Of a stretch of 64,000 nucleotides of DNA, positions 9,041 through 19,365 are shown one piece after another. Origin of the DNA: Candidatus Fermentibacterota bacterium (lineage in GTDB: Bacteria > Fermentibacterota > Fermentibacteria > Fermentibacterales > JCC-6). How positions within the stretch are numbered: the stretch's first letter is position 1; each line of letters opens with the position of its first letter. The notes under the pieces were generated by a model. The model saw only the letters and a program-made list of their open reading frames with translations, was not told the origin of the DNA and ran no database searches. The stretch covers positions 256,001 to 320,000 of the forward strand of contig CAWJQI010000001.1 of assembly GCA_963845085.1 (NCBI GenBank), written 5' to 3'. A program made the position numbers and the translations under genes.

Positions 9041-11272
9041 TCAGAAGCTCGTACCGAACTGGAAATGGGGCTCCCAGCCCCTGTCGGGACCATCGAACCC
9101 GTAGGCGTAATCAAGCCCCAGTATCCCCAGCATGGGAACCTCGACGCGGATGCCCATCCCGGCGCCGCGGTTCATGTCGCTGAGGTCGATCGTCGACCAG
9201 CGGTTCCATGTGTTCCCCGCATCGGCGAACAGCGCAAGCTGCAGCTGGTCGATAATTCTGAACCTGTACTCGGCGGACAGGATGAGCATGCTTCTGCCGC
9301 CGACCGTCTCATAGCCATCGCTTGCAGCGATGGTGTTCTCTCCGTAGCCCCGCACGCCGTAGAAACCCGTTCCTCCGAGCTGGAAGAACTCGTACGCCGG
9401 CGGCTCCTCGCCGCCGAAGCCCGCCACATAGCCGGCCCTCGCCCTCAGCGTGAGGAAGAACTTCCACCAGAGGGGAACGTACCACTGGGAATCGAGAAGG
9501 TACTTCTGGTAACCGATGTTGCCTCCGAGGGCGCCTCCGGCGTACTGCAGGGTCAGGCTGTTCAGGGAACCCTCCCCGGGAAAGTTCTGCCTGTCGCGGC
9601 TGTCGCGGGAGATGGAGTAGCGCACCGAGCTTTCCCAGCGCGGCCAGTCAGTGTCGCGGAGATTGTAGTAGTAACTTGTGGAATCGGACGTGATATTGTA
9701 AACATCCACCTTCTCAAGCGTATAACGCACGGAAAGCCTGACGAAATCAAGCCCGGGTATGGGTCTGCCCACGAGGATCGAGCCGCCGGTCTTCAACCTG
9801 TCGTACTCGGCGTAGTTGCTGGCCGTTCTGTACAGCTGTGCGCCCAGGGTGAGGGGCGTGTCCATGAACCAGGGCTCGGTGAAGCCCAGCTGAACGTTCT
9901 GCGTGCTCTTCGAGAACTGGTATGCGGCGCTGATGCTCTGCCCCATGCCTCTGAAGTTCTCCTCGCCGTACTCGAGATAGCCGCTCATCCCGTCGGATCC
10001 GCTGTAGCCGGCCCCGAGACCGGCGCGGCCCGTTGTTTTCTCGTCGACCGTCATGATCAGATCAACGTCCTGCGATCCCTCGACAGGCCGGAAATCGGGG
10101 ACGACATCGTTGAAGTAGTTGAGGTAAAACACGTTTCTCATGCTGCGCATGAGGGATGTGCGCTGGAACAGGTCGCCCGGATAGATGGTGAACTCCCTGC
10201 GGATCACGTTGTCGCAGGTGCGGGTGTTTCCGGTGATGTCGATCCTTCTGATGTGGGCCCTTTCACCCTCGGTGACGAGGAACGACACATCGAGCCTGTC
10301 GCCGGTCCCGGCCGTGAGGGAGGGTTCGACAACGGCGTAGAAGTACCCCTTGTCCTGGTAGAGGGTGTAGAGGTTCTCGAGTGTTCTCTCCATGTCCCGG
10401 CTGTCGTAATGCTCGCCGGCGGTGATCCTCGAGGCGAGCTGAAGGACCGAATCGGGAATGGAGGCCCCACCGGAAAAACTGACCTGTCCGAAGGTGCGGT
10501 AGGCTCCCTCGTTCACGTCGATCGTGATCCGGAGATGGCGGCCGTCTTCCATCATTTCCCGCGTGCTGCCCAGGACTCTTGCGTCGGGATAGCCGTTGTG
10601 GCGGTAGTGGTCCTCGATTCGTCCGGCGTCCGCGGCGAACTCGTCCTCCTTGAGCTTCCCGCTTCTCCAGAAGCTGTCCTGGCGGGTCTTCATCTCACCG
10701 CGGAGCTCCCTGTCGGTGAAGGCCTCGTTGCCGTTGAAGACGATCTCGCCAACCCTGATGTCGGGCCCCTCGTCGCACACGAAGACAAGGTCGCGCCTGC
10801 CCTGTGCGTCGGGCTCTTCCCAGCGGGCCTCGACCGTTGCCATATGCCGGTTCTTCTCGGCAAAGAGTTGTCTCAGGAGCAGCGTGGCGCTCGAGACATC
10901 CCCCGTCGAAAGGGTCTGCCCCGGGAAGATCATCAGGCTGTCCAGCGCCTTCGAAGCATCGAGCTCGCCGGGGTTCTCGATCCTGACGGCGCCCACGATC
11001 GGGTTCTCGACGACCCTGATGACAACGCCGACCGTGGCCGGCGACAGGCTGTCGGCTGAAACCATCACATCCTGGAAGTAGTCGAGTTCGTAAAGGGTTC
11101 TGATGCCGCTGCTGAGAACCGAGGGGTTCACCTCTGCTCCGATAGCCAGCCCCAGGGTTCTCACGATGAGGGAATCGCTCACATAGCTGTTGCCCTCGAT
11201 GTCGATCCGTTCGACGACCGCGGCCCTGGAAGCAAGGGCGGCCAGAAGCAAAACAGGGAGGAGTTGTTTCAA
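9041..11272 (-). CDS. bamA: Outer membrane protein assembly factor BamA
   Basis: POTRA repeats (ITGNTRTCDNVIRRE), VRGY motif and terminal FQFGTSF. Confidence 0.95.
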   Translation of the reverse strand: MKQLLPVLLLAALASRAAVVERIDIEGNSYVSDSLIVRTLGLAIGAEVNPSVLSSGIRTLYELDYFQDVMVSADSLSPATVGVVIRVVENPIVGAVRIENPGELDASKALDSLMIFPGQTLSTGDVSSATLLLRQLFAEKNRHMATVEARWEEPDAQGRRDLVFVCDEGPDIRVGEIVFNGNEAFTDRELRGEMKTRQDSFWRSGKLKEDEFAADAGRIEDHYRHNGYPDARVLGSTREMMEDGRHLRITIDVNEGAYRTFGQVSFSGGASIPDSVLQLASRITAGEHYDSRDMERTLENLYTLYQDKGYFYAVVEPSLTAGTGDRLDVSFLVTEGERAHIRRIDITGNTRTCDNVIRREFTIYPGDLFQRTSLMRSMRNVFYLNYFNDVVPDFRPVEGSQDVDLIMTVDEKTTGRAGLGAGYSGSDGMSGYLEYGEENFRGMGQSISAAYQFSKSTQNVQLGFTEPWFMDTPLTLGAQLYRTASNYAEYDRLKTGGSILVGRPIPGLDFVRLSVRYTLEKVDVYNITSDSTSYYYNLRDTDWPRWESSVRYSISRDSRDRQNFPGEGSLNSLTLQYAGGALGGNIGYQKYLLDSQWYVPLWWKFFLTLRARAGYVAGFGGEEPPAYEFFQLGGTGFYGVRGYGENTIAASDGYETVGGRSMLILSAEYRFRIIDQLQLALFADAGNTWNRWSTIDLSDMNRGAGMGIRVEVPMLGILGLDYAYGFDGPDRGWEPHFQFGTSF

Positions 11273-13680
11273 GTCTTCACGCCTTCCGGAATACGTGCTT
11301 CCTCGGAATGCAGGGCAAGACCCTCGCCGCCGCAGGAAACCGTGACAAACGCCCCCGGCACGATGTCGCCCCTGATCAGGGCATCGGTCAGGGGATCTTC
11401 AAGGAACTGCTGGATTGTGCGCTGCAGATGTCTGACCCCCGCGTCGGGGCTGCATCCCCGGCGGGCGAGGAAATCCATGGCCGATTCATCGACGGCGAGG
11501 GTTACCCTGAGAGCAGAGAGCCTCTGTCTGACCCCCTCGAGCTGCAGATCGACTATCGTCCTGACGTGTGAAAGCTCAAGGCGGTTGAAGACAACCACTT
11601 CATCGAGCCTGTTGATGAACTCGGGAGGGAATATCCTTTTTGCATCCTCAACCGAGGACAGCTCGGGGGCATCGGCGGTCGAGAAGCCGACCTGTGATGA
11701 GGAAGCCCCCCTGACATTGCCCGTCATGATGATGATCGTGTTTCTGAAGTCTATCCTGCGCCCTATGTTGTCGGTCATCGTTCCGTAGTCCATCACCTGC
11801 AGAAGCATGTTGAACAGGTCGGAGTGCGCCTTCTCGATCTCGTCGAGAAGAACGACAGAATAGGGGCGTCTGCGGACCTTCTCGGTGAGCTGACCGCCGT
11901 CGTCGTACCCGACGTATCCGGGAGGGGCGCCGACGAGCCGGGATCCGGAAAAACTTTCCTGATACTCGCTCATGTCGATCCTGATGAGCGACAGCCTGTC
12001 GCCGAAGATCATTTCGGCCAGCGCCGATGCCGTTGCCGTTTTCCCGACGCCGGACGGCCCGAGGAAAAGGAAGCATCCCGCAGGCCTGTCAGCCTGTCTG
12101 AGCCCGACCTGGCTTCTCCTGATGGCCCTGGCTATGACTCCGATCGCTTTTTCCTGGCCGACTATCCTTGTGGAAAGCCGTCTTTCAAGGTCGGCGAGCC
12201 TGGAAAGATCATTTTCGCCCATCCTGCTGATGGGAATGCCTGTCATAGAGGATACGACTGCGGCCACGTCATCGGGCGTTATGGTCACGGGGGTGAGGCT
12301 TTCGATCCACTGTTGCCTTCCGGCCTCGATGGCCTGGGAGAGCCTTTGCACCTCGTTCTTGATATTGTTGACCTGAATAAGGTTGCGCTTCTCGAGCTCA
12401 TGTTCGAGTTCAACCTCGAGCCCGGAAAGGGCACGGTGCATCTCGAGCAGGCTTTCAGGTGAGCGCGAGCTTTCCGAGTTCGCCCTGGCGCCGCTTTCAT
12501 CCATGACATCAATCGCCTTGTCGGGCAGAAAACGGCCGCTGATGTACCTGTCGGCAAGCACTGCGCAGCTTCGAACAGCCTCGGGGGTGTAGATCGAGTT
12601 GTGATGCTTCGCATACCTGGGCTCGAGCCCCTCGAGAATACTGACAGTGAGCTCGACGCTCGGAGGGTCGACCGGGATGGGCTGGAATCGCCTCTCAAGG
12701 GCGCCGTCCTTCTCGATACGCCTTCTGTACTCGTCGAGGGTCGTCGCACCTATGCACTGGAACTCGCCCCTGGCAAGGGAGGGTTTGAGGAGGTTCGCTG
12801 CATCCATGGCGCCCTCGGCGCCGCCGGCTCCGACTATCGTATGGATCTCGTCGATGAACAGGATGACGTTGCCGGAATCCACTATCTCCTTCAGCAGAAC
12901 CTTCAGCCGCTCCTCGAACTGCCCCCGGTACTTGGTGCCGGCGAGAACCCCGGCCATGTCAAGGGCAAGTATCCTCTTGCCGTGGAGCATCATGGGAACC
13001 GTGGCATCGATTATCCGGCTCGCAAGGCCTTCCACTATGGCGGTTTTGCCTACGCCGGGTTCACCGATCAGCACGGGATTGGACTTCTTCCTTCTGCAGA
13101 GCACCCTGACAAGCCTGCCTATCTCCTGGTCGCGGCCGATGACCGGGTCGAGAAGCCCCTTGCGGGCCATCGCGGTGAGATCACGGCAGAAGTACTCCAT
13201 GGCGGACACCTGCTTTTCGGGAGCGCTTTCGGTTCTGGCGCCGCCGGGCAGGGATCTCACCACCCTGTCGGCCTTTTCATATGTAACGCCGGCCTCCCAC
13301 AGGATCTCCCCCGCGACCGTGGTTTCAACAGTGGTCACTGCGAGGAGCAGGTGTTCGGTGCCGACCGTGGGCGAATCGAGCCCCTGGGCAAGCCGCCCCG
13401 CCTCCTGGAGAATCCTGCGGGCCCTTTCGGTCCATTCCAGCTCGTGCCTGTCAACCGAAACCGGAAGCCTTCCACCGCGTATCCGGTTCTGAACCCTCAG
13501 CCTGAGCTCGGCGGTGTTGACCCCGAGGCGCGACAGAACATTGGATGCGGTGGACCCGTCGACGGTCAGGATGCCGTAAAGGATGTGCTCGGATGTGACA
13601 CTCGGCCTGCCTGAACGGCCTGCCTCGAGCCTTGCTTCATTCAATGCGGCCCTGGCTCGTTCGCTGAACCTCTCCCGCAA
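11269..13680 (-). CDS. clpC: ATP-dependent Clp protease ATP-binding subunit ClpC
   Basis: Clp N repeats, two AAA+ modules (GEPGVGKT, GPSGVGKT) and GAPPGYVGY. Confidence 0.92.
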   Translation of the reverse strand: MRERFSERARAALNEARLEAGRSGRPSVTSEHILYGILTVDGSTASNVLSRLGVNTAELRLRVQNRIRGGRLPVSVDRHELEWTERARRILQEAGRLAQGLDSPTVGTEHLLLAVTTVETTVAGEILWEAGVTYEKADRVVRSLPGGARTESAPEKQVSAMEYFCRDLTAMARKGLLDPVIGRDQEIGRLVRVLCRRKKSNPVLIGEPGVGKTAIVEGLASRIIDATVPMMLHGKRILALDMAGVLAGTKYRGQFEERLKVLLKEIVDSGNVILFIDEIHTIVGAGGAEGAMDAANLLKPSLARGEFQCIGATTLDEYRRRIEKDGALERRFQPIPVDPPSVELTVSILEGLEPRYAKHHNSIYTPEAVRSCAVLADRYISGRFLPDKAIDVMDESGARANSESSRSPESLLEMHRALSGLEVELEHELEKRNLIQVNNIKNEVQRLSQAIEAGRQQWIESLTPVTITPDDVAAVVSSMTGIPISRMGENDLSRLADLERRLSTRIVGQEKAIGVIARAIRRSQVGLRQADRPAGCFLFLGPSGVGKTATASALAEMIFGDRLSLIRIDMSEYQESFSGSRLVGAPPGYVGYDDGGQLTEKVRRRPYSVVLLDEIEKAHSDLFNMLLQVMDYGTMTDNIGRRIDFRNTIIIMTGNVRGASSSQVGFSTADAPELSSVEDAKRIFPPEFINRLDEVVVFNRLELSHVRTIVDLQLEGVRQRLSALRVTLAVDESAMDFLARRGCSPDAGVRHLQRTIQQFLEDPLTDALIRGDIVPGAFVTVSCGGEGLALHSEEARIPEGVKT

Positions 13681-13759
13681 TTCGTCCCCTTTCGTGGAAC
13701 CCGTCTCCCGGGTTTACCAGCAGGTAAATATAAGGTTCCAGACCGGCTTTACCAGCCGC

Positions 13760-14446
13760 TCAGCCCTCGCGAAGCTGCCCCCTGTCAAGTACGAGCAGCC
13801 TTCCGCACCTCTGGGCAAGTTCCCTGCTGTGCGTAGCGATCAGAAACGCCTGGTTGCGCCTCCGGGCAAGATCGATCATGAGGTTCTCCACCATGCCGGT
13901 TGCCTCGTCGTCGAGGTTGCCCGTCGGCTCGTCGGCGAGAACCACCGATGGCTCCATGGCAAGGGCTCGTGCGAGGGCGGCCCGCTGCCGTTCCCCCCCG
14001 GAGATCTCGGATGGGAAGTGCTTTCCCCTTTCAAGGATGCCGACCTCTCCGAGAAGCCCGGCGGCGATCTCCATCGCAAGTTTTCTGGGCATTCCGGAGA
14101 TCATGCACGGCATCGCCACGTTTTCGTGCACCGTGAACTCTTCAAGCAGGTGGTGGAACTGGAAGACGAAACCGAGGCTGCGGTTCCTGATCCTCGAGCG
14201 CCTCGCCTCGTTGACCTTCCAGGGGTCACGCCCGTCTATGAGAACGGTTCCGCCGCATGGCCGGGCGAGCAGCCCGAGCACGTGAAGCAGGGTGCTCTTG
14301 CCGGAACCGCTGGGGCCCATGACCGCGGTCAGCTGGCCGGGGTACAGGTCGAGTGACGCCCCCCTCAGCACGTTCAGGGCATTCTCTCCGCGGCCGTAGG
14401 TGTAATGGATTGCGCTGCAGGAAAGAACCGGTGTGCCGCTATTCAT
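13760..14446 (-). CDS. lolD: Lipoprotein-releasing ABC transporter ATPase
   Basis: GPSGSGKST, GFVFQFHHLL, SGGERQR and ADEPTGNLD. Confidence 0.9.
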   Translation of the reverse strand: MNSGTPVLSCSAIHYTYGRGENALNVLRGASLDLYPGQLTAVMGPSGSGKSTLLHVLGLLARPCGGTVLIDGRDPWKVNEARRSRIRNRSLGFVFQFHHLLEEFTVHENVAMPCMISGMPRKLAMEIAAGLLGEVGILERGKHFPSEISGGERQRAALARALAMEPSVVLADEPTGNLDDEATGMVENLMIDLARRRNQAFLIATHSRELAQRCGRLLVLDRGQLREG

Positions 14447-15641
14447 ATCTCAAAGCCTCGGACGGTGAGTCGGAAAGCGCCGAAAGGGCGGGCGCCATGG
14501 ACACAAGAAGGCAGACGACCACTGTGGCCACCGACGCCGCGACTGCAGTTTCCGAGGAAAAGCTTCCTGTAAGCGTTTCAACCCAGTATACGCTGCCGTC
14601 GAGCCGAATCGGGAAGAACCTGTTGATCACCTGAATCACGACCCATGCGGTAGACACCCCCGCAATGACTCCGGCGGCACCGATGGACAGGCCCCTTGTG
14701 ATGCTTGAAACGAAAACCATCCTTGGTGACGCACCCATGGCCCTCAGCACGCCCGTATCCCACCTGTGCTCAAGCGCGATCATGGTGAGGGCGCTTGAGA
14801 GGTTCAGCAGTGCAACAACAGTGATGAGCGCGAGGACAATGGTCATGGCAAGGGATTCGAGGCCCAGGGCCTGGAACAGATTGGAATGGAAGGACATGAA
14901 GGGCACGGCAGTCATGTACGATGGCCAGCCCCCCTCCACATACCTATCCCTGAGGAGGGAATCGAGAAGCAGCGAAGCTTCAACAGGGTCGGCGCTCGCG
15001 GAGAGCAGTACTCCCATCGAGCTCAGGCCGGAATCATCACGGAATAGGCTTCTGGCGCTTTCAAGCGACGTTGTAACGAGGGATCGGTTGTAGTCGTCGA
15101 TCCCGAAATCGTTCACCCGGACGACCACCACCGGCATGATTGTGTCGACAAGGATCCTTCCCATGCCGCTCACGTTGACCCCGGCGGTGGACGCGAGACG
15201 GACTGTGTCCCCCTCGGACACCCCGAGAACCTCGGCAAGCCTCATTCCGATGACCGCCCCCTCCCCCCGTCCGGAAAGCCCCCTGACCATAACGCCCGAA
15301 ACGGTGCCGACGGCGCCGGAGGCCACGGCCGGCCTCTCGAGCACGGCGACGACCCCGGTTGCACCCGGAACACGGAGTGCGAGCTCTTCGACAAGCCCGT
15401 AATCAGCTGGACCGAGTGCCCCCCCGCCGGGTGAGAACACGTGGACCGGCGGGTTTACCATCTCGAGGCTGCCCCGTATGGCGTCAGTAAAACCGTCCAT
15501 GAAGGAGCGGAGAATGATGAGGGCTGCGACGCCGATCGCGATCCCCGCAACCGACAGCACGCCCACAAGGCGGACGAACCCCGAGTGTGACCTGCTCACA
15601 ACCTGTCTCCCGGAGAGCTCGCGCACAAGCCAGAGGTTCAT
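14439..15641 (-). CDS. lolC: LolC/E-family ABC permease
   Basis: SVAGIAIGVAALII, MacB/FtsX topology, VLRAMGAS and SEALRYE; adjacent to lolD. Confidence 0.85.
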   Translation of the reverse strand: MNLWLVRELSGRQVVSRSHSGFVRLVGVLSVAGIAIGVAALIILRSFMDGFTDAIRGSLEMVNPPVHVFSPGGGALGPADYGLVEELALRVPGATGVVAVLERPAVASGAVGTVSGVMVRGLSGRGEGAVIGMRLAEVLGVSEGDTVRLASTAGVNVSGMGRILVDTIMPVVVVRVNDFGIDDYNRSLVTTSLESARSLFRDDSGLSSMGVLLSASADPVEASLLLDSLLRDRYVEGGWPSYMTAVPFMSFHSNLFQALGLESLAMTIVLALITVVALLNLSSALTMIALEHRWDTGVLRAMGASPRMVFVSSITRGLSIGAAGVIAGVSTAWVVIQVINRFFPIRLDGSVYWVETLTGSFSSETAVAASVATVVVCLLVSMAPALSALSDSPSEALRYE

Positions 15642-17107
15642 TTTTCCCTTCGGAGATGGGGGAAGAGAATTGTGTCGCGGATGGATCCGGCATCGGTGAG
15701 GATCATCACCAGACGGTCCACGCCGACACCGAGCCCCCCGGCCGGCGGCATGCCAACCTCGAGCGCGAACAGGAACTCCTCGTCGACCTCGCCCTGCCTG
15801 TGGCCGCTCTGGGCCGCCTGTTCCTCGAGAATGCGCCTTTGAAGGACGGGGTCATTCTGTTCGCTGAAAGCATTGGCGAGCTCGATCCCGGCGATGAATG
15901 CCTCGAAGCGTTCGGTAAGCCTCGGGTCGGACGGCTTTCCCTTCGCAAGCGGGGAGAGCTCGACCGGGTAGTCGATGACGAATGTTGGCTGCAGGAGCGC
16001 AGGCGTCACGAAATGGTCGAAAAGCTTGTCGAGCAGGTCGGGACGCCCCGCACCGTCGGCCGGTATGCCGAGCCGGGCGGCAAAGCGGGCGAGCTGGCCG
16101 GTTTCGAACTCGAACAGCCTTTCACCGCTTCTTTCGTGCAGGGCATCGACGAAACCCACCCGCTCAAACGGGGGCGTCAGGTTCACGGCCTGCCCCTGGA
16201 ACTGGATCTCGGAGCCCCTGCCGATCGATGCGGCCGAGACCGACACGAGCTCCTCGAAGCGGCGCATCATGCCCTCATAGTCGGTCCATGCCTCATACAG
16301 CTCGAGCTGCGTGAATTCGGGGCTGTGAGTTCTGTCCACACCCTCGTTGCGGAAGTCCTTCCCTATCTCGTAGACCCTGTGAAACCCCCCGACCATAAGC
16401 CGCTTGAGGTATAGCTCGGTTGCAATCCTGAGGTAGCACTGCTGGTCGAGGAAGTTGTATGTCGTTGTGAACGGTTCGGCGCTCGCGCCGCCGTACAACT
16501 GCTGGAGAACGGGCGTTTCCACCTCGATAAAGCCCTGACCGTCGAGATGCGAGCGCATCGCGGAAATGATACGGCTTCTGCCTGCAAACCTTTCCCGGCT
16601 TTCGCTGTTCAGAAGAAGGTCTACGCACCTGTGCCTGTAGAGCAGGTCGGGATCGCTCACGGCATCATGGACCTCGCCCGACGAGTCAACCTTCACCACG
16701 GGCAGGGGCCTCACGGCCTTCACCAGAAGCTTGAGCCCGGAAACGTTGATCGTCAGCTCGCCCATTCTCGTGACGAAAAGAAGGCCGGCAACCCAGATGA
16801 TGTCGCCCAGGTCGGTGTGACCGAGTACCGCAAGCGCTTCGGGACCGAGCTCCCTGCTGTTGAAATAAAGCTGCACCTTCCCGGTCGGGTCGGAAATGTC
16901 CATGAACATGGTCTTGCCGTGTTCACGGCGGGCCCTTATGCGGCCGCTCGTACAAACGGTTCCCCCACCCCCGGGATCCTGTTTCCTGATCTCTTCGATG
17001 GAAGACCTCTCGGGTGTGCGTGGTGGGTACGGATCGATTCCGGAATCACGAAGTGCGGAGAGCTTTTCGAGCCTTCCCGCAATCAGGGGATTGTGCTGCA
17101 ATGTCAT
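15638..17107 (-). CDS. lysS: Lysine--tRNA ligase (class II)
   Basis: EVETPVLQ, YLRIATELYLKRL, FRNEG and GMPPAGGLGVGVDR. Confidence 0.97.
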   Translation of the reverse strand: MTLQHNPLIAGRLEKLSALRDSGIDPYPPRTPERSSIEEIRKQDPGGGGTVCTSGRIRARREHGKTMFMDISDPTGKVQLYFNSRELGPEALAVLGHTDLGDIIWVAGLLFVTRMGELTINVSGLKLLVKAVRPLPVVKVDSSGEVHDAVSDPDLLYRHRCVDLLLNSESRERFAGRSRIISAMRSHLDGQGFIEVETPVLQQLYGGASAEPFTTTYNFLDQQCYLRIATELYLKRLMVGGFHRVYEIGKDFRNEGVDRTHSPEFTQLELYEAWTDYEGMMRRFEELVSVSAASIGRGSEIQFQGQAVNLTPPFERVGFVDALHERSGERLFEFETGQLARFAARLGIPADGAGRPDLLDKLFDHFVTPALLQPTFVIDYPVELSPLAKGKPSDPRLTERFEAFIAGIELANAFSEQNDPVLQRRILEEQAAQSGHRQGEVDEEFLFALEVGMPPAGGLGVGVDRLVMILTDAGSIRDTILFPHLRREK

Positions 17108-18212
17108 TCACTGCCCGCCGTTCTGTTTCAGATAGGCCTCAACGAAATCCTGTATGTCCCCGGCGAGAAACCCCTCGACATTGGACGTTTCCATTCCGGT
17201 TCTGTGGTCCTTCACCATCTGGTAGGGATGGAGTACATAGCTCCTGATCTGGTTTCCCCATGAAACATCCTGCTTGACCCCTTCCAGCTTCTCCCTCTCC
17301 TTGCGGCGCTTCTCCTCCTCAAGTTCGAAGAGCCTCGCCCTCAGGACACGCCAGGCCAGTTCACGGTTTCGGTGCTGGCTTCTCTCGTTCTGACAGGAGA
17401 CGGCGATCCCGGTGGGGATGTGGGTAAGCCTGATGGCGCTCGAGGTTTTGTTCACGTGCTGGCCGCCCGCCCCGCTTGCCCTGAAAACATCCGTTCTCAC
17501 ATCCTCCTCGTCGATCTCGACGCTGACCGAATCCTCGAGGTCGGGCAGGGGGAGAACGCTTGCGAAGCTCGTGTGCCTGCGGTTGTTCTGGTCGAATGGA
17601 CTGCGGCGCACAAGCCTGTGTATCCCCCTCTCGGCGTTGAGGTAGCCGAAGACGTAGGGGCCGCGGATGGCAGCGACGCCTTCCCTGATTCCGCCCTCCT
17701 CACCATCCGAGGTGCTCAGGATCTCAACCTCAAAGCCCTGTTTCTCCGCCCAGTAAACGTACATTCTGAAAAGCATCTCGGCCCAGTCCTGGCTGTCGAC
17801 ACCGCCGGCCCCGCTGCGAATGGTCAGGATGGCGTCGCACTGGTCGTGGGGCCCGCTGAGCATCTGCCTGAATTCAAGGCTGTTCAAGGCCTTTGAAAGC
17901 CATTCCGCTGCCTTCTCGGCATCGGAGTGCATGCCGCTGTCCGACTCGAGTTCCAACAGCTCGAGTGCGGCAAGACCGTCGGAGAGCCTGCGCGAAACCT
18001 CGCCAATCGGGTTCGTCCAGTTCTGTATGTGCCTGAGTTTCGATATCGTTTCCAGAGCGCTCTTCCTGTCCTCCCAGAAGTCAGCGGCAGCCATCCGGGT
18101 GTTGAGGGAGGACTCGGAACTCAACAGGCCTGGATAGTCAAAGACGCTCCTTGAGCAGTTCGATCCTTCGTTCGGAATCGTGGAGAACCGCTGCGAGTTC
18201 CTCGGTAGTCAT
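17108..18212 (-). CDS. prfB: Peptide chain release factor 2, translated via a programmed +1 frameshift
   Basis: GGQ and SPF motifs. A 24-codon ORF from ATG 18212 ends CTT TGA C (18143-18137), preceded by AAGGAG; the +1 frame joins ORF 17108..18124. Confidence 0.96.
18137..18152 (-). promoter_or_regulatory. prfB +1 frameshift site
   Basis: AAGGAG-CGT-CTT-TGA-C matches the RF2 autoregulatory shift site. Confidence 0.92.
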
Positions 18213-18519
18213 GAAAGAAACCTCCGTAAATGGTGATGGAACCATGTTAATATAATCCATCGGACCCGCATGGGTTCAGTTGCATCAGCTCCCGCGGCCT
18301 TCAGTTCCAAAGGCCCGGCCGGGTGAACGGAAACGGTCCGGAGCAGTATATTCCGGCCATGTCAGACGGTATTTCGCAAGGGCTTGCGGACTCAGGAAAC
18401 ACTGTCAACGCGAACCCCGTGTTCCGGATCGGCCTGCATCCCCGGCGGCGTTTTGCCTCCGGTAAGGCCTTCCGCAGTGTCCGGATCGACATCGGCCGAA
18501 GAATGACGATTTAGGAGGA

Positions 18520-19353
18520 TTGATGAGACTCAACGAGATACTTACCCCGGAAAGCTGCAGCACCGGTCTCGAGGCAAAAAACCGTGAAGAGGCCATCGCC
18601 GGGATAGCAGAACTTCTTGCCGGATGCCCCTCGGCCCGCGGCATCCCCATGCAGACCATCCTGAACGGGCTGCTTGAACGCGAAAAACTCGGGTCGACGG
18701 GTGTCGGCGAGGGTGTTGCCATCCCGCACTGCCGCATCGACTCGATGAAGGGTTTTGCCGTGGCGCTTGCCGTCTGCACAAAGGGCATAAACTGGCATTC
18801 CCACGACAACCACGGAGTCAACATCATCTGCGGTATCGCAGGCCCGGAAGACTCAACGAACGAGCATCTGCGGATACTCGCCGGGGCCGCCCGCGTTCTC
18901 GGGTCGGAGAGGGCGAGAAATGAGATCCTTGAATGCGGCACGCCCTTCTCACTGAGCAGGGTCTTCCTGCACCACCTTGCACCCGTCACCTCAAGGCTCG
19001 AGGAGGGACGAAGGGAAGGCAGGAAGCTTGTTGTCATAATCTTCCAGCAGGACAAGACCTACAACAGCGTCATGGAGCTTTTCCTCGAGAGCGGCATCGA
19101 GGGGGCCGTCACCATTCAGGCCGGCATGATGGGGCCCGTTCTCTCGAACGTGCCGATATTCGCCGGCTTCATGGACGTTCTCGGCCGGTCACGTCCCGAA
19201 CCGAGGGTTGTCCTGACCCTTCTCCCTGGCGACAGGGTAGATGAAATCGTCTCACAGATCGAGGAGATCACGGGCGAACTCGATACCAACCGTGGCGCCT
19301 GCATACTTGTCATGGAACCTTTGATCATCCGCGGAAGCCTTGAAACCCTTTGA
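18520..19353 (+). CDS. PTS EIIA (Fru/Ntr-type) domain fused to a P-II-like C-terminal domain
   Basis: LLEREKLGSTGVGEGVAIPHCR with the phospho-His. The C-terminal region shows a P-II-like pattern. Confidence 0.82.
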   Translation: MMRLNEILTPESCSTGLEAKNREEAIAGIAELLAGCPSARGIPMQTILNGLLEREKLGSTGVGEGVAIPHCRIDSMKGFAVALAVCTKGINWHSHDNHGVNIICGIAGPEDSTNEHLRILAGAARVLGSERARNEILECGTPFSLSRVFLHHLAPVTSRLEEGRREGRKLVVIIFQQDKTYNSVMELFLESGIEGAVTIQAGMMGPVLSNVPIFAGFMDVLGRSRPEPRVVLTLLPGDRVDEIVSQIEEITGELDTNRGACILVMEPLIIRGSLETL

Positions 19354-19365
19354 AAGGATCCTGCA

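Noticed and set aside
9065..11059. Long antisense ORFs (here and at 12601-13614, 49455-50831, 53919-55574)
   Set aside because: Expected shadows of genes with high GC3; no recognisable motifs.
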